Shown here one piece after another: positions 7,055 through 14,998 of a stretch of 14,998 nucleotides of DNA. This stretch comes from Synechococcus sp. (GTDB lineage: Bacteria > Cyanobacteriota > Cyanobacteriia > Thermostichales > PCC-7336): contig JBFRWN010000037.1 of NCBI GenBank assembly GCA_051439605.1, forward strand, positions 1 to 14,998, written 5' to 3'. The notes below the pieces were generated by a model. That model saw nothing but the letters and a program-made list of their open reading frames with translations. It did no database searches and was not told where the DNA came from. Each line of letters opens with the position of its first letter. The first letter of the stretch is position 1. Position numbers and translations under genes: made by a program.

Positions 7055-8518
7055 CTACTCTTTAGTCGAGGCGTCTTCAGAAGAAACATCTTCAGTGGAG
7101 GCTTCTTCTGTGGCACTCACGTCGACAGTCGCCTCGGCAGCGGGGGCTTCGTCAGTGAATTCTGCCTCCACCACATCGGCTTCAGCCGGTTCGCTGGGGG
7201 CATCAACAGCCTTACCATCCTCATCCACCCACCTAAACGTGTTTTGCTCCTTCAACCACGCAAACACCTTTTCAGTTAAGAGCTCTTCCTTGAAATATTC
7301 GTGTACTCGGGTGGGGGAAATTTTCTCTTTCCCCTGATAATTCCTCAGGAAGTCTTCCACTTTCACCGCCAGCTCCGTTTCCCCCACTTCGATGTTTTCC
7401 TTCTCGACAATGGCTGCCAGGGTCAGGGTACGACGCAGGCGCGCTTCTGCGTCAGGACGGGTGCGCTCCTTCATTTCAGCCATCATCTTCTCGTCCACAA
7501 ACTTACTGGGATCGAGGCCCTGCTGGCTGAGTTGACTTAAACTTTGCTGGATGAGGAACTGAATCTCGCGGTTAACCAGCGTCTCAGGCAATTCCACTTC
7601 AACGGTTTCCAGAATGGCATCCATCAAGGATTCATCCTGTTGCGTAAAGGACTGACTGTCTGCTTCGCGGGAGTAGGATTCCGTGAGGTGCTGTTTGAGG
7701 GCGTCGAGGGTTTCAAACTCACTGATTTCCTGCGCGAATTCGTCGTCTAAGTCGGGAAGTTCTTTGGCCTTAACTTCGTGCAGGGTGACAGAAAACTTGG
7801 CCTCTTTCCCGGCGACATCTTCGTTTGCGTAATCGTCGGGAAATGTGGCATCTACTTCGCGGCTTTCCTCAGCTTTCATACCGACCAAGCCCGTCACAAA
7901 ACCAGGAATGAATTTCGACTCATCCATATCCAGCTGGAATTCGGTGGCCTTGGCCCCTTCTATCTCCTCGCCATCGGTGGTACGACCTTCAAAATCAACG
8001 ATCGCCACATCCCCCATTTCCAGGGCGCGATCCTCGACGGGAACCAATGTCGCCCGCTGTTGGCGATAGCGATCGATGGTTTCATCCACCTGCTTGGGGT
8101 CAAACAGGTTGCGGGTAACGCTGACATCTAGGCCGGTGTAACTCCCTAAGGTCACTTCTGGCTGGACATCTACCGTGCCGGAGAAAGAAAATTCCGCCTT
8201 GGGATCGAACGTTTCTAACAAGCTATCCATGCCACCATCGATGGACATCTGGCCGATCGCCTCGATGTCAGCCTCTTTGATGGCATCTTCGACGGTATCG
8301 TTGACCAAATCTTCAAGGACTGCCGCTTTAACCCGTAGGGGACCGAGGTATTGCACCACCATGTGGCGAGGTGCTTTACCTCGGCGAAATCCCTGCAACT
8401 GTACGTTCCGCGTCAAGTCACGCAAGGTCTTTTCATACGTTTTTTTCACTTGCTCGGCGTCGATGGTAATCGAGATGTTCACCTGACTGCCGGGGCGTTT
8501 CTCCTGGATGACTTGCAT
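7055..8518 (-). CDS. tig: Trigger factor (ribosome-associated chaperone/PPIase)
   Basis: Ribosome-binding signature GFRRGKAP, FKBP-type domain (GDVAIVDFEG...FIPGF...FPDDY...GKEAKF), KELPDLDDEFA, and an acidic C-terminal tail. Confidence 0.98.
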   Translation of the reverse strand: MQVIQEKRPGSQVNISITIDAEQVKKTYEKTLRDLTRNVQLQGFRRGKAPRHMVVQYLGPLRVKAAVLEDLVNDTVEDAIKEADIEAIGQMSIDGGMDSLLETFDPKAEFSFSGTVDVQPEVTLGSYTGLDVSVTRNLFDPKQVDETIDRYRQQRATLVPVEDRALEMGDVAIVDFEGRTTDGEEIEGAKATEFQLDMDESKFIPGFVTGLVGMKAEESREVDATFPDDYANEDVAGKEAKFSVTLHEVKAKELPDLDDEFAQEISEFETLDALKQHLTESYSREADSQSFTQQDESLMDAILETVEVELPETLVNREIQFLIQQSLSQLSQQGLDPSKFVDEKMMAEMKERTRPDAEARLRRTLTLAAIVEKENIEVGETELAVKVEDFLRNYQGKEKISPTRVHEYFKEELLTEKVFAWLKEQNTFRWVDEDGKAVDAPSEPAEADVVEAEFTDEAPAAEATVDVSATEEASTEDVSSEDASTKE

Positions 8519-8740
8519 GGAACGACTTACAGTGAATGTTTACAGTGCGACTAACTATCGTACATTACCGAACGCATACCTGTAAGGAGCAGACCTGCCC
8601 ACTGCGGAATTAACCCTGAGACATTACACAGTCATGACGGTTCGGCAGCCAATTCCTCCGCAGGCCTTCCTTTGCAGGCTGGTACCAATAGATTCATTCG
8701 TTCATCCAGCGCAGGGATGCACCTACTGGTAAAACGATAC

Positions 8741-9634
8741 TCAGCGGCAGTAACTCGATAACTGTTGGAGCGATCGCTGCACTTGACCGAGATAGCCCGA
8801 GCCAAAAATGTTGAGGTGGTTGAGCAAATGATAGAGGTTGTAGAGAATTTTGCGGCGTCCGTACCCCAAATCGAGGGGAAAAGCCGCGTTGTAGCTGCGA
8901 TAAAACTGAGCCGGAAAACCTCCAAATAACTCTGTCATGGCAAGATCCGCTTCGCGATCGCCGTAGTAGAGGGCTGGGTCGAAAATCACCGGATTACCCT
9001 GAGAATCGTAGCCGTAGTTGCCAGACCACAAATCTCCATGCAGAATCGATGGCTCCGGCTCGTAACCTTCAAACAGCAAAGGAAGTTGGTCGATGACCCG
9101 CTCGGCATCGTTCATCCAGTTGCCAGAATACCCATTTCTGCGGGCTAATCGCAGTTGAAATCCCAACCGCTTGTCTTGAAAAAATTCAATCCAATTATCC
9201 GACCATCCGTTTTGTTGAGGGGAAGCTCCAATCGTATTGTTCAGCTCCCAACCAAACCGATCGCTTGTATGGCGGTGCATTGCGGCTAGCTGCTGTCCCA
9301 ATAACTCTGGTCCGCCCGCAGGAGCCCCCCGCAATTCCAAAAAGTCCATGACGAGATAAGCGGTGCGATCGCAGGTTCCCCAACAAACGGGCTCCGGAAC
9401 GCCGATGGTTTGGGTTTGGAATATTTCTTGCAGGGATAGCGCTTCAGTCCTAAATCGCTCTGATTCGTGCAAGCTGCCCAACTTCACGAAGAAGGCTTGA
9501 TTGGCCCCTTCCATTCGATGGGATGTATTGGCAGCACCTCCCCCCAACGACTGCAGGCGATCGATATCAAAAGGCTGCCCCAGCTTCTCGGAAACTTTTG
9601 CAGCAATCTCTTCCCACACCAATCGATCCTTCAT
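8741..9634 (-). CDS. Fructosamine/ketosamine-3-kinase family protein
   Basis: LGGG loop, FFVK, FGWELNNTIGASPQQNGW, LHGDLWSGN, IFDPALYYGDREADLAMTELFGGF and LYNLYHLLNHLNIFG are hallmark motifs of the family. Confidence 0.95.
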   Translation of the reverse strand: MKDRLVWEEIAAKVSEKLGQPFDIDRLQSLGGGAANTSHRMEGANQAFFVKLGSLHESERFRTEALSLQEIFQTQTIGVPEPVCWGTCDRTAYLVMDFLELRGAPAGGPELLGQQLAAMHRHTSDRFGWELNNTIGASPQQNGWSDNWIEFFQDKRLGFQLRLARRNGYSGNWMNDAERVIDQLPLLFEGYEPEPSILHGDLWSGNYGYDSQGNPVIFDPALYYGDREADLAMTELFGGFPAQFYRSYNAAFPLDLGYGRRKILYNLYHLLNHLNIFGSGYLGQVQRSLQQLSSYCR

Positions 9635-9816
9635 TGTCGTCCCTATCTGCTCCGCAATTATGGTAGTAATCTGTCCTTAGCCAATGGATGGGAGAACTGA
9701 TGTCAATGGCGATATTGGCTACTGAAGTATGTCCTATTACCGTTCGACTTCTGCTTCGAATAAGGGCTTTCGATGGAGTGACGCACCTCAAACTGGTACA
9801 AATAAAACCCGCTCAA

Positions 9817-10440
9817 TTATTTTGCCTCTTGGTGGGTTAGCAAGTGTACGACGCCACTAACCAAGCGATCGCGCTCCATCGGCAAAAACTCTTTGCCAGA
9901 TAACACTTCCTGGAATAGGACGTAGTGGATGAGCGTGCCAATAAACAAACGGGCTGCTACTTCTGGATCTGGCAAATTGAGGGTTGGCGTCCGTTCGAAA
10001 TATCGTGAGATCGCTTTTAGAGATGCACTGGGAGCAGAAGAAACAAAGGCTTTAGCTAATTCGGGAAATCGCTCTGACTCGGCAATGATCAACCGCACGA
10101 AGGACAGAGCCTGCGGATCGTCCAAGATCGAATTCAGCATTCCAGTGGCTAACTGCCTCAGCACCGTTTCGGGTTCTCCGGTCAAACTGTGGGATTCAAG
10201 CGGACCAAAAACAGTCTTGAATTTTTCATCCTTCATGTAGCGAATCAGACCATTAAACAGCCCCTGCTTATCTTTGAAGTGACTGTAGACCGTCGCTTTC
10301 GAAACCCCTGCAGCTGCTGCAACTCGATCCATGCTGGTGGCTGCATAGCCACGAGCCAAAAACTCTTGCATGGCACCATTCAAGATTGCACTCGCTTTCT
10401 CTGGGGATAACTGCCGAGTAGAGGCAATCTCGCTTCCCAC
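9817..10440 (-). CDS. TetR/AcrR family transcriptional regulator
   Basis: HTH AILNGAMQEFLARGYAATSMDRVAAAAGVSKATVYSHFKDKQGLF; C-terminal RLIIAESERFPELA. The ORF extends to TTG at 10461, but GTG at 10440 has GAGAGG about 8 nt upstream, so it is the preferred start. Confidence 0.93.
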   Translation of the reverse strand: MGSEIASTRQLSPEKASAILNGAMQEFLARGYAATSMDRVAAAAGVSKATVYSHFKDKQGLFNGLIRYMKDEKFKTVFGPLESHSLTGEPETVLRQLATGMLNSILDDPQALSFVRLIIAESERFPELAKAFVSSAPSASLKAISRYFERTPTLNLPDPEVAARLFIGTLIHYVLFQEVLSGKEFLPMERDRLVSGVVHLLTHQEAK

Positions 10441-10518
10441 AATCGAAACCTCTCGATACAACTCACTGCCAAACCAGAACGATCGACCGCCGAACGCGGC
10501 CAGCCATGCTCTTTCCCG

Positions 10519-10527
10519 ATAGTATCA
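10519..10527 (-). promoter_or_regulatory. Candidate extended -10 promoter for the TetR gene
   Basis: Minus strand reads TG-A-TACTAT (TGn-TAnnnT), about 80 nt upstream of the preferred start codon. Confidence 0.45.
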
Positions 10528-10562
10528 ACCTCTTTCCAGGCCTACAGTTCTTAACCCTAGGA

Positions 10563-10592
10563 TTGACTAAACTAGTCGGTTTAGTTTATTGT
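10563..10592 (+). promoter_or_regulatory. sigma70-type promoter of devBCA overlapped by a palindromic TetR-type operator
   Basis: -35 TTGACT (10563-10568), 18-nt spacer, -10 TATTGT (10587-10592). The inverted repeat ACTAAAC-TAGTCG-GTTTAGT (10566-10585) overlaps the -35 and the spacer. Confidence 0.75.
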
Positions 10593-10632
10593 AGGATCGC
10601 AGAGACGAAGCTGTCCAGTTTGAATCGGTGAT

Positions 10633-11835
10633 GTGGCTATGGTGTCTAAGCTCGGGCGCTCTTACTCGCTCCCCCGTCCAACCCTTCGTTGGGGAATGGT
10701 AGCAATCGCCATCGGTGTCGCACTTGCTGGGGGGCTAGCTATCGTGACCTCTCGCATCAGCCAGCTTGATTCACCTTCTGTAGACGTTGTTGCCATTCCA
10801 AAAATTACAACGGTCACCGCTTTAGGAAGACTGGAGCCTTTTGGGGAAACAATCCGGCTATCGGCCTCCGGCAGTGCCGATGGAAATCGCATTGCCCAGC
10901 TCTTGGTGCAGGAAGGGGAGCAAGTCGAAGCGGGGCAAACGATCGCCATTTTGGACAATCATCAACGGTTGCAGGCAGCATTATCCGAAGCTCTGGCAAA
11001 GGTGGCGATCGCCGAAGCCAATTTGGCTGTGGTGCAAGCGGGGGCAAAAGCTGGAGAAATTGAAGCTCAGCGAGCCGCCATTGCCAGATACGAAGCGGAG
11101 CTGTTAAACAATACGCTGGCTCAACAAGCGTCCGTTGCTCGACTCGAGGCGGAACTCCGTACAGCTGAAGCAGACGAGGGGCGCTTTCGACAGCTGTACG
11201 AAGAGGGAGCAATTTCTGCCTCTGAATGGGACAGCCAGCGATTGCGGGCGGAGGAGGCCAGACAGCGGCTAGAAGAAGGGGAGGCAACGTTAGCTCGCAT
11301 TCAATCCAGTCAGCAGCAGCAGCTGAAAGAGGCGATCGCCACCCTCGATCGGATTGCAGAAGTGAGGCCGGTGGATGTGACGGTGGCCTCTGCAGAGGTA
11401 CAAGCGGCCCGAGCGGCAGTGCAATACGCTGAAGCGGAATTGGAGCTGGCCTCCATTCGGGCCCCTCAAGCGGGTCAGATTCTTAAAATTCACACCCGTC
11501 CCGGCGAGGTCATTTCCTCCAATGGGGTCGTGGAGATGGGCCAAACCCAACAGATGGTTGCGGTTGCCGAAATTTATGAAAGCGACATTCGCAAAGTTCA
11601 GGTGGGGCAACCAGCGACTGTCACCAGTTCGGCTCTGCCTGGGGTTCAGCTCTCCGGGCAAGTGCAGCAGATCGATCTACAGGTGCAGCGCCAAACCGTC
11701 ATTAACGAAGACCCTGCCGCCAATATCGATGCCAAAACTATTGAGGTCAAAGTCCTACTGGATGAACCTTCAAGTGCAGAAGTGGCTGGCCTGACCAATC
11801 TGCGCGTGACGGTCACGGTGGAAACGGATAGTTAA
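10633..11835 (+). CDS. devB: ABC exporter membrane fusion protein, DevB family
   Basis: N-terminal TM anchor, VTALGRLEP, lipoyl half-motifs (RIAQLLVQEGEQVEAGQTIAILD; IRAPQAGQILKIHTRPGE), a long coiled coil, AVAEIYESDI and C-terminal LTNLRVTV. Start is GTG 10633 or ATG 10639. Confidence 0.93.
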   Translation: MAMVSKLGRSYSLPRPTLRWGMVAIAIGVALAGGLAIVTSRISQLDSPSVDVVAIPKITTVTALGRLEPFGETIRLSASGSADGNRIAQLLVQEGEQVEAGQTIAILDNHQRLQAALSEALAKVAIAEANLAVVQAGAKAGEIEAQRAAIARYEAELLNNTLAQQASVARLEAELRTAEADEGRFRQLYEEGAISASEWDSQRLRAEEARQRLEEGEATLARIQSSQQQQLKEAIATLDRIAEVRPVDVTVASAEVQAARAAVQYAEAELELASIRAPQAGQILKIHTRPGEVISSNGVVEMGQTQQMVAVAEIYESDIRKVQVGQPATVTSSALPGVQLSGQVQQIDLQVQRQTVINEDPAANIDAKTIEVKVLLDEPSSAEVAGLTNLRVTVTVETDS

Positions 11836-11964
11836 CGGGCCCTGCTGGTATTGTTCGGCCTCAACCCGTTTCCGCGAACTCTGTAGCAACCCGAATTTTC
11901 GAAGATTTTTTCCGAGATAAAGACCCCCCGGAACATTCCCCCTAGGTCCTACCGTTCGTCTGCT

Positions 11965-13137
11965 ATGAACCTGTTAGCTTCCCTGAAACGACGTACTCCC
12001 CTTGGCTGGCTGCAACTCAAACGCGATCGGCCCCGATTGCTGACGGCGATCGCCGGTATTGCCTTTGCCGACATCCTGATTTTTATGCAGTTCGGCTTTA
12101 TGGATGCCTTGTTTCGCACCAATACTCAATACCCCCGTGCGCTGTTGGCGGACATCGTGCTCATCAGCACCCAAGCAGACAATCTGGCCAACTTGCGTAC
12201 GTTCCCGCGCCGCCGGCTTTACCAGGCGTTGGATGTTCCTGGGGTGGCCTCGGTGGATTCGCTCTACGTGGGGTCGGTGGACTGGCGCAATCCTTCCACC
12301 CGCGATAAAGCATCCATGATGATTTTGGGACACGATCCCAGCCAGCCAGTATTCGATCTGCCGACAGTGAATCAGCAACTGGATCGCGTTAAGTTACCGG
12401 ATACTGTCCTGTTCGATCGAGCTGCCAGGGGGGACTACCAGACTCTGATTGCCCAGTTGGAACAGGGGCAATCGGTGGAGACAGAGATTGGCCGACGCAC
12501 CGTTACCATCGATGGTTTATTCCAGGTGGGCGCCTCCTTCGCAGATGACGGTGCTCTGATTGTGAGCGATACCACGTTCTTGCATCTCTTTCCCAAGCGG
12601 GATGCCGGGACTATCAGCATGGGGCTGATCGAGTTAAAGCCCGAGGTCGAACCCCTCCAAGTGCGTGCCGCTCTTGAGGCTCACCTACCGGATGACGTGC
12701 GAGTTTTTACCAATCAGGAATACGTCGACTTCGAACTGAACTACATCAAAACAGCAACCGCCATCAGCTTCGTGTTCACGTTAGGCAGTGCCATGGGATT
12801 TGTAGTGGGGGTGGTGATTGTTTACCAGGTTCTGTCTACGGATGTGAACGATCACCTAGCGGAATACGCCACCTTCAAAGCCATGGGATATCGCACCCAG
12901 TATCTGTTGGGGGTGGTGTTTGAAGAAGCTGTCATTCTTTCATTGCTGGGGTTTCTTCCCGGTGTCGCAGTGGCGCTGGGTCTCTATCAACTCACAGCGG
13001 CTGCTACAGCACTCCCCCTGGCAATGCCGGTGGGGCGGGCGCTATGGGTACTGGTTCTGACGATATTGATGTGCGGACTGTCGGGAACCATCGCCACCCG
13101 AAAACTTCAGTCCGCCGACCCCGCCGATATTTATTAG
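11965..13137 (+). CDS. devC: ABC transporter permease, DevC family (FtsX/MacB-like)
   Basis: RRTPLGWLQL, AGIAFADILIFMQFGF, FPRRRLYQA, GFVVGVVIVYQVLSTDVNDHLAEYATFKAMGY and C-terminal KLQSADPADIY. Confidence 0.96.
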   Translation: MNLLASLKRRTPLGWLQLKRDRPRLLTAIAGIAFADILIFMQFGFMDALFRTNTQYPRALLADIVLISTQADNLANLRTFPRRRLYQALDVPGVASVDSLYVGSVDWRNPSTRDKASMMILGHDPSQPVFDLPTVNQQLDRVKLPDTVLFDRAARGDYQTLIAQLEQGQSVETEIGRRTVTIDGLFQVGASFADDGALIVSDTTFLHLFPKRDAGTISMGLIELKPEVEPLQVRAALEAHLPDDVRVFTNQEYVDFELNYIKTATAISFVFTLGSAMGFVVGVVIVYQVLSTDVNDHLAEYATFKAMGYRTQYLLGVVFEEAVILSLLGFLPGVAVALGLYQLTAAATALPLAMPVGRALWVLVLTILMCGLSGTIATRKLQSADPADIY

Positions 13138-13144
13138 GCCAGTC

Positions 13145-13963
13145 TTGAATAACCCAATGTTTCTATCAGCAAACTTCCTGTCAGCCAGCTCTCAAACACC
13201 CATCACAATCAAGAGATCGATGCCATCCTTTGTGCCCCACCCTCCTCACAAGCTGGATACTTCCGAGTCTCCAGCTATCCAGATCCAACATCTCAACCAT
13301 TATTTTGGGCAAGGAGACCTGCGCGAACAGGTACTTCACGATATCAATCTCTCCATCGCCTCTGGAGAAATCGTCATTCTGATGGGACCTTCTGGTTCCG
13401 GAAAAACCACCCTTTTGACCTTGATCGGTGGGCTGAGATCGGTTCAGTCAGGTAGCTTGCAGGTGCTGGGGCAAGAACTCGCGGGTGCGCCTCCGGAAGA
13501 GCTTGTCTTGGCCCGTCGCCACAATGGGTATATTTTTCAAGCCCATAACCTACATCGCAGTTTGACGGCTCTTGAGAATGTTTGCATGGGGCTAGAGGTG
13601 CACGGCAATTGCGATCGGGAACATATGAATGCTCGGGCAGCTGACATTCTCAAGCAGGTGGGGTTAGGCGATCGGCTGCACTACTATCCAGACAAGCTGT
13701 CCGTGGGGCAAAAACAGCGGGTGGCGATTGCGCGAGCGCTGGTCAGCCATCCGGCGATCGTCTTAGCGGACGAGCCTACTTCAGCTCTCGACAGTCAATC
13801 CGGTCGGGACGTGGTGACATTGATGCAAACCCTTGCCAAAGAGCAAGGGTGCACGATCTTGTTGGTCACCCACGATGGCCGCATTCTTGACGTTGCCGAT
13901 CGGATTGTCACGATGGAAGACGGCGCGCTCGTCAACAATAATTCCTTGGCTGCAGTCAAGTAG
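13145..13963 (+). CDS. devA: ABC transporter ATP-binding protein, DevA family
   Basis: LNHYFGQGDLREQVL, Walker A GPSGSGKTTLLTLIGGLRS, GYIFQAHNL, signature variant LSVGQ, Walker B/D-loop VLADEPTSALD and H-loop VTHD. The true start is probably downstream (ATG 13220 or 13157). Confidence 0.95.
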   Translation: MNNPMFLSANFLSASSQTPITIKRSMPSFVPHPPHKLDTSESPAIQIQHLNHYFGQGDLREQVLHDINLSIASGEIVILMGPSGSGKTTLLTLIGGLRSVQSGSLQVLGQELAGAPPEELVLARRHNGYIFQAHNLHRSLTALENVCMGLEVHGNCDREHMNARAADILKQVGLGDRLHYYPDKLSVGQKQRVAIARALVSHPAIVLADEPTSALDSQSGRDVVTLMQTLAKEQGCTILLVTHDGRILDVADRIVTMEDGALVNNNSLAAVK

Positions 13964-14005
13964 GTTTTGTAAGCCCTTTACTGCCTTGGGTTTGCAATCA
14001 AAACC
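13963..14005. terminator. Imperfect hairpin between convergent devA and RTX gene stops
   Basis: TTGTAAGCCC (13967-13976) pairs with GGGTTTGCAA (13988-13997) using two G-U pairs on the + strand. Flanking GGTTTT/AAAACC can extend the stem. Confidence 0.4.
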
Positions 14006-14998
14006 TGAAATTACTGGCATCTAGGGTGCTGGCATTCACATTCAGCAATCGGGCCACAGTGTAGACAGTACCCCCTCCCTGGACCGATACCAACGCGTGG
14101 CTACCCTGCTGACCTAGCAGGATGTTGCTAAACGAGGCATTGCTTCCCCCTGGCAAACTACCGAGTTGTATTTTGTCCAAGGCCACCTCAAAGTCAGTAA
14201 TCACATCGCGAGTCGATTCGGATGTCGAGAGGTCATTTCCGGAGTACCGGAAAATATCTGTCTCTCCTCGTCCACCAATCAGGGTATCGGAACCGGTTCC
14301 GCCCACGAGCGTGTCTTGTCCGCTGCTGCCGAGCAATACATCGCTGCCCTGCGAGCCGGAGAGCAGGTCGTCGCCACTTCCCCCAACCAAAGTGTCATTG
14401 CCCTGGCCGCCTTCAATGGCGTCATTGCCACTACCCCCTAAGCCAATATCATTGCCCAATCCCCCCAGGATTAAGTCGTTACCGCTACCACCCGCTATGG
14501 TGTCATTCCCTCCAAGACCGTAAAGCACATCACCGGCACTTCCTCCGCTGACTAGGTCATCATCAGCTCCTCCATTCAGGGTGTCTCCACCCCCGATACT
14601 GCTGATGATGTCATTGCCTGCGAGCCCCGATAGGACATCCGGGTCGCTGAGGGGGTCGATCCCTCCTGTGTCGCGATCTCCAGTGACAATGTCATCTCCA
14701 GGCGTGCCGGTATCGAGGTTGTCAGGTTTGACTTCGATGGTGACGGTGGCGGTATCGGTGGCGCCGTAACTGTCGGAGATGGTGTAGGTAAAGGTGTCGG
14801 TGCCGCTGAAATTCGCATTGGGAGTATAGGTGAAGTCACCATTGGGTGCGAAGATCACGTCGCCATTGGAAGGGTTGGTAATACCGATCGCGGTTAGAAC
14901 ATCGTTAGCATCTACGTCGCTATCCGTTCCTGGTCCGGTGATGAGATTGCCACTGACTGCATTGTCCTCTTCGGTAGCGAAGTTATCATCCCGAGCAA
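13998..14998 (-). CDS. C-terminal part of a large secreted protein: Ig/cadherin-like (tandem-95-type) repeat + RTX Ca2+-binding repeats + type I secretion-like tail; 5' end outside window
   Basis: The frame stays open beyond 14858 to the edge (ARDDNFATEEDNAVSGNLITGPGTDSDVDANDVLTAIGITNPSNGDVIFAPNGDFTYTPNANFSGTDTFTYTISD...ATVTIEV). It is followed by GGxGxD nonapeptides, then DVITDFEVALDKIQL...LDASNFRF. Confidence 0.93.
   Translation of the reverse strand, partial: ARDDNFATEEDNAVSGNLITGPGTDSDVDANDVLTAIGITNPSNGDVIFAPNGDFTYTPNANFSGTDTFTYTISDSYGATDTATVTIEVKPDNLDTGTPGDDIVTGDRDTGGIDPLSDPDVLSGLAGNDIISSIGGGDTLNGGADDDLVSGGSAGDVLYGLGGNDTIAGGSGNDLILGGLGNDIGLGGSGNDAIEGGQGNDTLVGGSGDDLLSGSQGSDVLLGSSGQDTLVGGTGSDTLIGGRGETDIFRYSGNDLSTSESTRDVITDFEVALDKIQLGSLPGGSNASFSNILLGQQGSHALVSVQGGGTVYTVARLLNVNASTLDASNFRF
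14262..14639 (-). repeat. 14 consecutive 27-bp (nonapeptide) RTX/hemolysin-type calcium-binding repeats
   Basis: DVLSGLAGN, DIISSIGGG, DTLNGGADD, DLVSGGSAG, DVLYGLGGN, DTIAGGSGN, DLILGGLGN, DIGLGGSGN, DAIEGGQGN, DTLVGGSGD, DLLSGSQGS, DVLLGSSGQ, DTLVGGTGS, DTLIGGRGE. Confidence 0.92.

Larger units (their letters stand above)
12..12053. repeat. HIP1 highly iterated palindrome GCGATCGC, dispersed
   Basis: Hand count of at least 17 exact copies, starting at about 12, 545, 623, 914, 1802, 2046, 3844, 5618, 5627, 7017, 8770, 8954, 9365, 9865, 11005, 11332 and 12046. Far fewer than one would be expected by chance in 15 kb. Confidence 0.9.

Noticed and set aside
7055..7210. Long Glu/Ala/Ser/Thr-rich C-terminal tail of trigger factor
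   Set aside because: Variable acidic tails are common in trigger factors and are not evidence of a new domain.
5605..8554. Antisense and alternate-frame ORFs over clpX and tig
   Set aside because: Expected shadows of conserved, codon-biased genes.
14122..14842. Pro/Ser-rich ORFs overlapping the RTX gene
   Set aside because: Antisense or frame-shifted readings of the Gly/Asp-rich repeats.
10633..14998. devBCA acting as the type I secretion system for the adjacent RTX protein or the protease
   Set aside because: DevC/DevA are MacB/LolCDE-like, not HlyB-type; the genes are convergent and the operon has its own TetR control.

Overview
This is a cyanobacterial chromosomal segment, as shown by at least 17 HIP1 octamers (GCGATCGC), a devBCA-type exporter and cyanobacterial-type tig/clpX. 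Gene order: partial APH-fold phosphotransferase (-, missing from the ORF track); GGT-family Ntn-hydrolase (+); DoxX membrane protein (-); about 700 bp intergenic region; CBM6-like + S8 subtilase fusion (+); clpX (-); tig (-); fructosamine-kinase-family protein (-); TetR regulator (-) divergent from devB-devC-devA (+), with a clear palindromic operator inside the devB promoter; and the 3' end of a large Ig/cadherin-like RTX protein (-). No CRISPR array, RNA gene or intact mobile element was seen. I cannot support a wholly new multi-gene system here. The best candidates for something undescribed are: (i) a subtilase that looks circularly permuted, is fused to a carbohydrate-binding module, and sits behind a leader able to fold over its own RBS; (ii) a GGT-like enzyme whose gamma-glutamyl pocket residues appear substituted; (iii) a tig-clpX pair lacking the usual intervening clpP.
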